A stretch of DNA of 64,000 nt from Octopus sinensis (Eukaryota). The stretch is from contig NC_043010.1 of the NCBI RefSeq assembly GCF_006345805.1, positions 61,628,001-61,692,000 of the forward strand, written 5' to 3'. The translations under genes were made by a program, and so were the position numbers. This document shows positions 61,850 to 64,000 of this stretch, one piece after another (position 1 is the stretch's first letter; each line of letters starts with the position of its first letter). Under the pieces are notes generated by a model. That model saw nothing but the letters and a program-made list of their open reading frames with translations. It had not been told where the DNA came from and did not search any database.

Positions 61850-62490
61850 ATGAGGGGAGCCTCTAGGTGGTTGCGAGACATGCTAGAAATAGCATCGACA
61901 ATCTCGCCTAAAATCATTCCCTTACAGTCTTTACCTAAAGACGTGACACACTAGAGAATGTATTCAATCTTATATACTCCTATATAACACGGGATGGCCA
62001 TGGCTGTGATGCCTTTGATTGTAGGTCAGTTCAATCGCGTTAGGCCCGGGGCTAAACAACATCAAAGTGTACACGAGGCAACGACGGAGCCTCTTCATGG
62101 TCGTTAGATCTGCTAGAAATAGCAGTCACAACACCATCAACACGCCAAACTGTGTTAAAAAAGGCGAAGGATACGTTAGATAAATATAGTTCTAGATATA
62201 CTATGCCGGAAATAGAAAAAGGAATTGTCACGGAAGGAACGTCTTTGATCAGTGCTGACCTTGGACTAAGCAACACAAACTGCATGAACCAATGAGGGAA
62301 CTTTTAAGCGGTCATTCGACCTGCTAGAAATAGCAGCAATATCTACAACCAAATCACACTATGCCTTCGAAAAAGGACACACTGGACAGTGAAGTCCTAG
62401 ATATAAGAAACAGACGTGATGGTCATAACTGGAGCGCCTGTAGCCATAAGTCGTCTGATCTATCAGGGCTCACATGTGGTTTAACAACAG
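61850..62490 (-). repeat. Tandem cluster of family F ~210-230-bp repeats
   Basis: gctagaaatagca at ~61882, ~62112 and ~62323. Confidence 0.7.
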
Positions 62491-62811
62491 CTGATGATGA
62501 TTATGGGTGATGGTGGTGGTATTGTAATGATGATGTTGATGACGATGACAATTTTGATGATGATGGTAATGATTTATTTCAATGAGGGATGAAACTAATT
62601 AATCTTGGGGTAGTTAGCAATACCGAATTGATTAGAACTGAGAACAGACGACGCACCAGACTAGAGAGATGACCCTGGATTATTTAGTCACAGTCTGTCC
62701 CCAATACAATGGACTGGAGGGGGGGGACACCCATGGACGCCTGCTGTAGGAAGCATTCATAGCCATGGGGTTGTTAACGTAGTAAATACAGTGAACCAAG
62801 AAATTTTGATC

Positions 62812-63170
62812 GAGTGGCTGCGTGGTAAGTAGCTTGCTTCCCAACCACATGGTTCCGGGTTCAGTCCCACTGCGTGGCACCTTGGGCAAGTGTCTTCTGC
62901 TATGGCCTCGGGCCGACCAAAACCTTGTGAGTGGGTTTGGTAGACGGAAACTGAAAGAAACCCGTCGTATATATGTTTCTGTGTGTGTTTGTCCCCCCCC
63001 CCCCCAACATCGCTTAACAACCGATGCTAGTGTGTTTACGTCCATGTAACTTAGCGGTTCGGCAAAAGAGACCTAAAGAATAAGTACTAGACTTACAAAG
63101 AATAAGTCCTGGGATCGATTTGCTCGACTAAAGGCCGTGCTCCAGCATGGCCGCAGTCAAATGACTGAAA
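62812..63170 (+). mobile_element. Full-length tRNA-headed SINE (family B)
   Basis: CpG-rich, young-looking copy homologous to 12861-13222. Confidence 0.85.
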
Positions 63171-63469
63171 AAATTAATAGAATAATTAAAGCTACACCCT
63201 TAATGAGGAGGAGAAAAATCATTATCTTAATGCTTAATTAAATTTTTTGACGAGGTTAAGTGTTGTCTATTTTACACCAGGGAACCTGTAAATGGTGGCT
63301 AAACGTGCTAAACATAGCAGCTAAAATTCTTACATATCATATCTTACTGTCTTAAAAACAGACGAACACACTGGACAATTTAGTCCTTGATATACTATGT
63401 TGGACAGGTAGGACAGTTACAGGTAGAGCGTCTTTGACCATGGGTCAGTTTGATCAGTACCGATTGTTG

Positions 63470-63839
63470 GGGAGGAGGGGAGAGCGTTTTATACAAAGGT
63501 CAATTAGATCGACCCTCAGTACGTAAATGGTACTTAGTTTATCGATCCTGAAAAGATGAAAGGCAAAGTTGACCTCGGCAGAATTTGAACTCAAAACATA
63601 GACAGACAAAATACCGCTAAGCATTCTTTTCTATTCTAGGCACAAGGCCTGAAATTTTTGTGGAGGGGGCCAGTCAATTAGATTGACCCCAGTATGTAGC
63701 TGGTACTTAATTTATCAACCTTGAAAGGATAAAAGGCAAAGGCGACCTCAACGGAATTTGAACTCAGAACATAAAGACAGACGAAATACCACCAAACATT
63801 TTACCCGGTGTGCTAACGCTTCTGCCAGCTCGCTGCCTT
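63470..63839 (-). mobile_element. Two tandem family A SINE copies
   Basis: Repeated gaaaggcaaag..gacctc..gaatttgaactc motifs at ~63560 and ~63735. Confidence 0.75.
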
Positions 63840-63870
63840 GTGCATGTAAATATTGGATGGAAAAAGTTGA

Positions 63871-63942
63871 GGGCTGCCAGTGGGAATTGAACCCACATCT
63901 ACAGTATACATGAGAGGTATTCTATCTCTAAACCAAAGTGAT
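63871..63942 (-). pseudogene. tRNA-like relic (tRNA pseudogene or SINE head)
   Basis: A-box-like tggtttagagatag and a perfect T-arm gtggg-ttcaatt-cccac, but the acceptor stem does not pair. Confidence 0.35.
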
Positions 63943-64000
63943 CCTTTGAATTTCTCTTCCCATTTTGCTTTTCTGAAAAGGGACTCAACAGCTCCAATCT

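Noticed and set aside
63871-63942. Functional tRNA gene
   Set aside because: The acceptor and anticodon stems do not pair, so it is kept only as a relic. All other tRNA-like sequences are SINE heads.

Overview
AT-rich, microsatellite- and retroposon-dense animal genomic DNA, most likely from an octopus or other coleoid cephalopod. This is inferred from the repeat families and the clustered C2H2 zinc-finger genes and is not confirmed. There are three C2H2 zinc-finger coding exons: ~7.4-8.06 kb (-, 3 fingers split by an acidic spacer), 29.0-29.6 kb (+, 6 fingers) and 41.1-43.0 kb (-, 16 fingers plus 3 fossil fingers). A CCAAT/CRE/YY1-type promoter candidate lies at ~22.1 kb. The rest is mostly mobile DNA: several tRNA-headed SINE families (some with exact TSDs), an (ATG)n-tailed retroposon family, RTE LINE fragments, hAT, mariner and piggyBac fossils and MITEs, and Helentron-type non-autonomous elements. 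Three observations stand out. (1) A set of type-I hammerhead-ribozyme motifs of the Penelope-like kind, including a near-complete one at 11314-11431 with a large branched stem-II insert, and others embedded in foldback elements. (2) A 2.75-kb satellite of ~86 x 32 bp made from the Pol III A-box head of a SINE, inside that SINE's own target-site duplication. (3) A zinc-finger protein with a 4-finger higher-order repeat and an N-terminus built from de-metallated fingers. No prokaryotic-type systems (CRISPR, operons) are supported. All coordinates and counts were read by eye.
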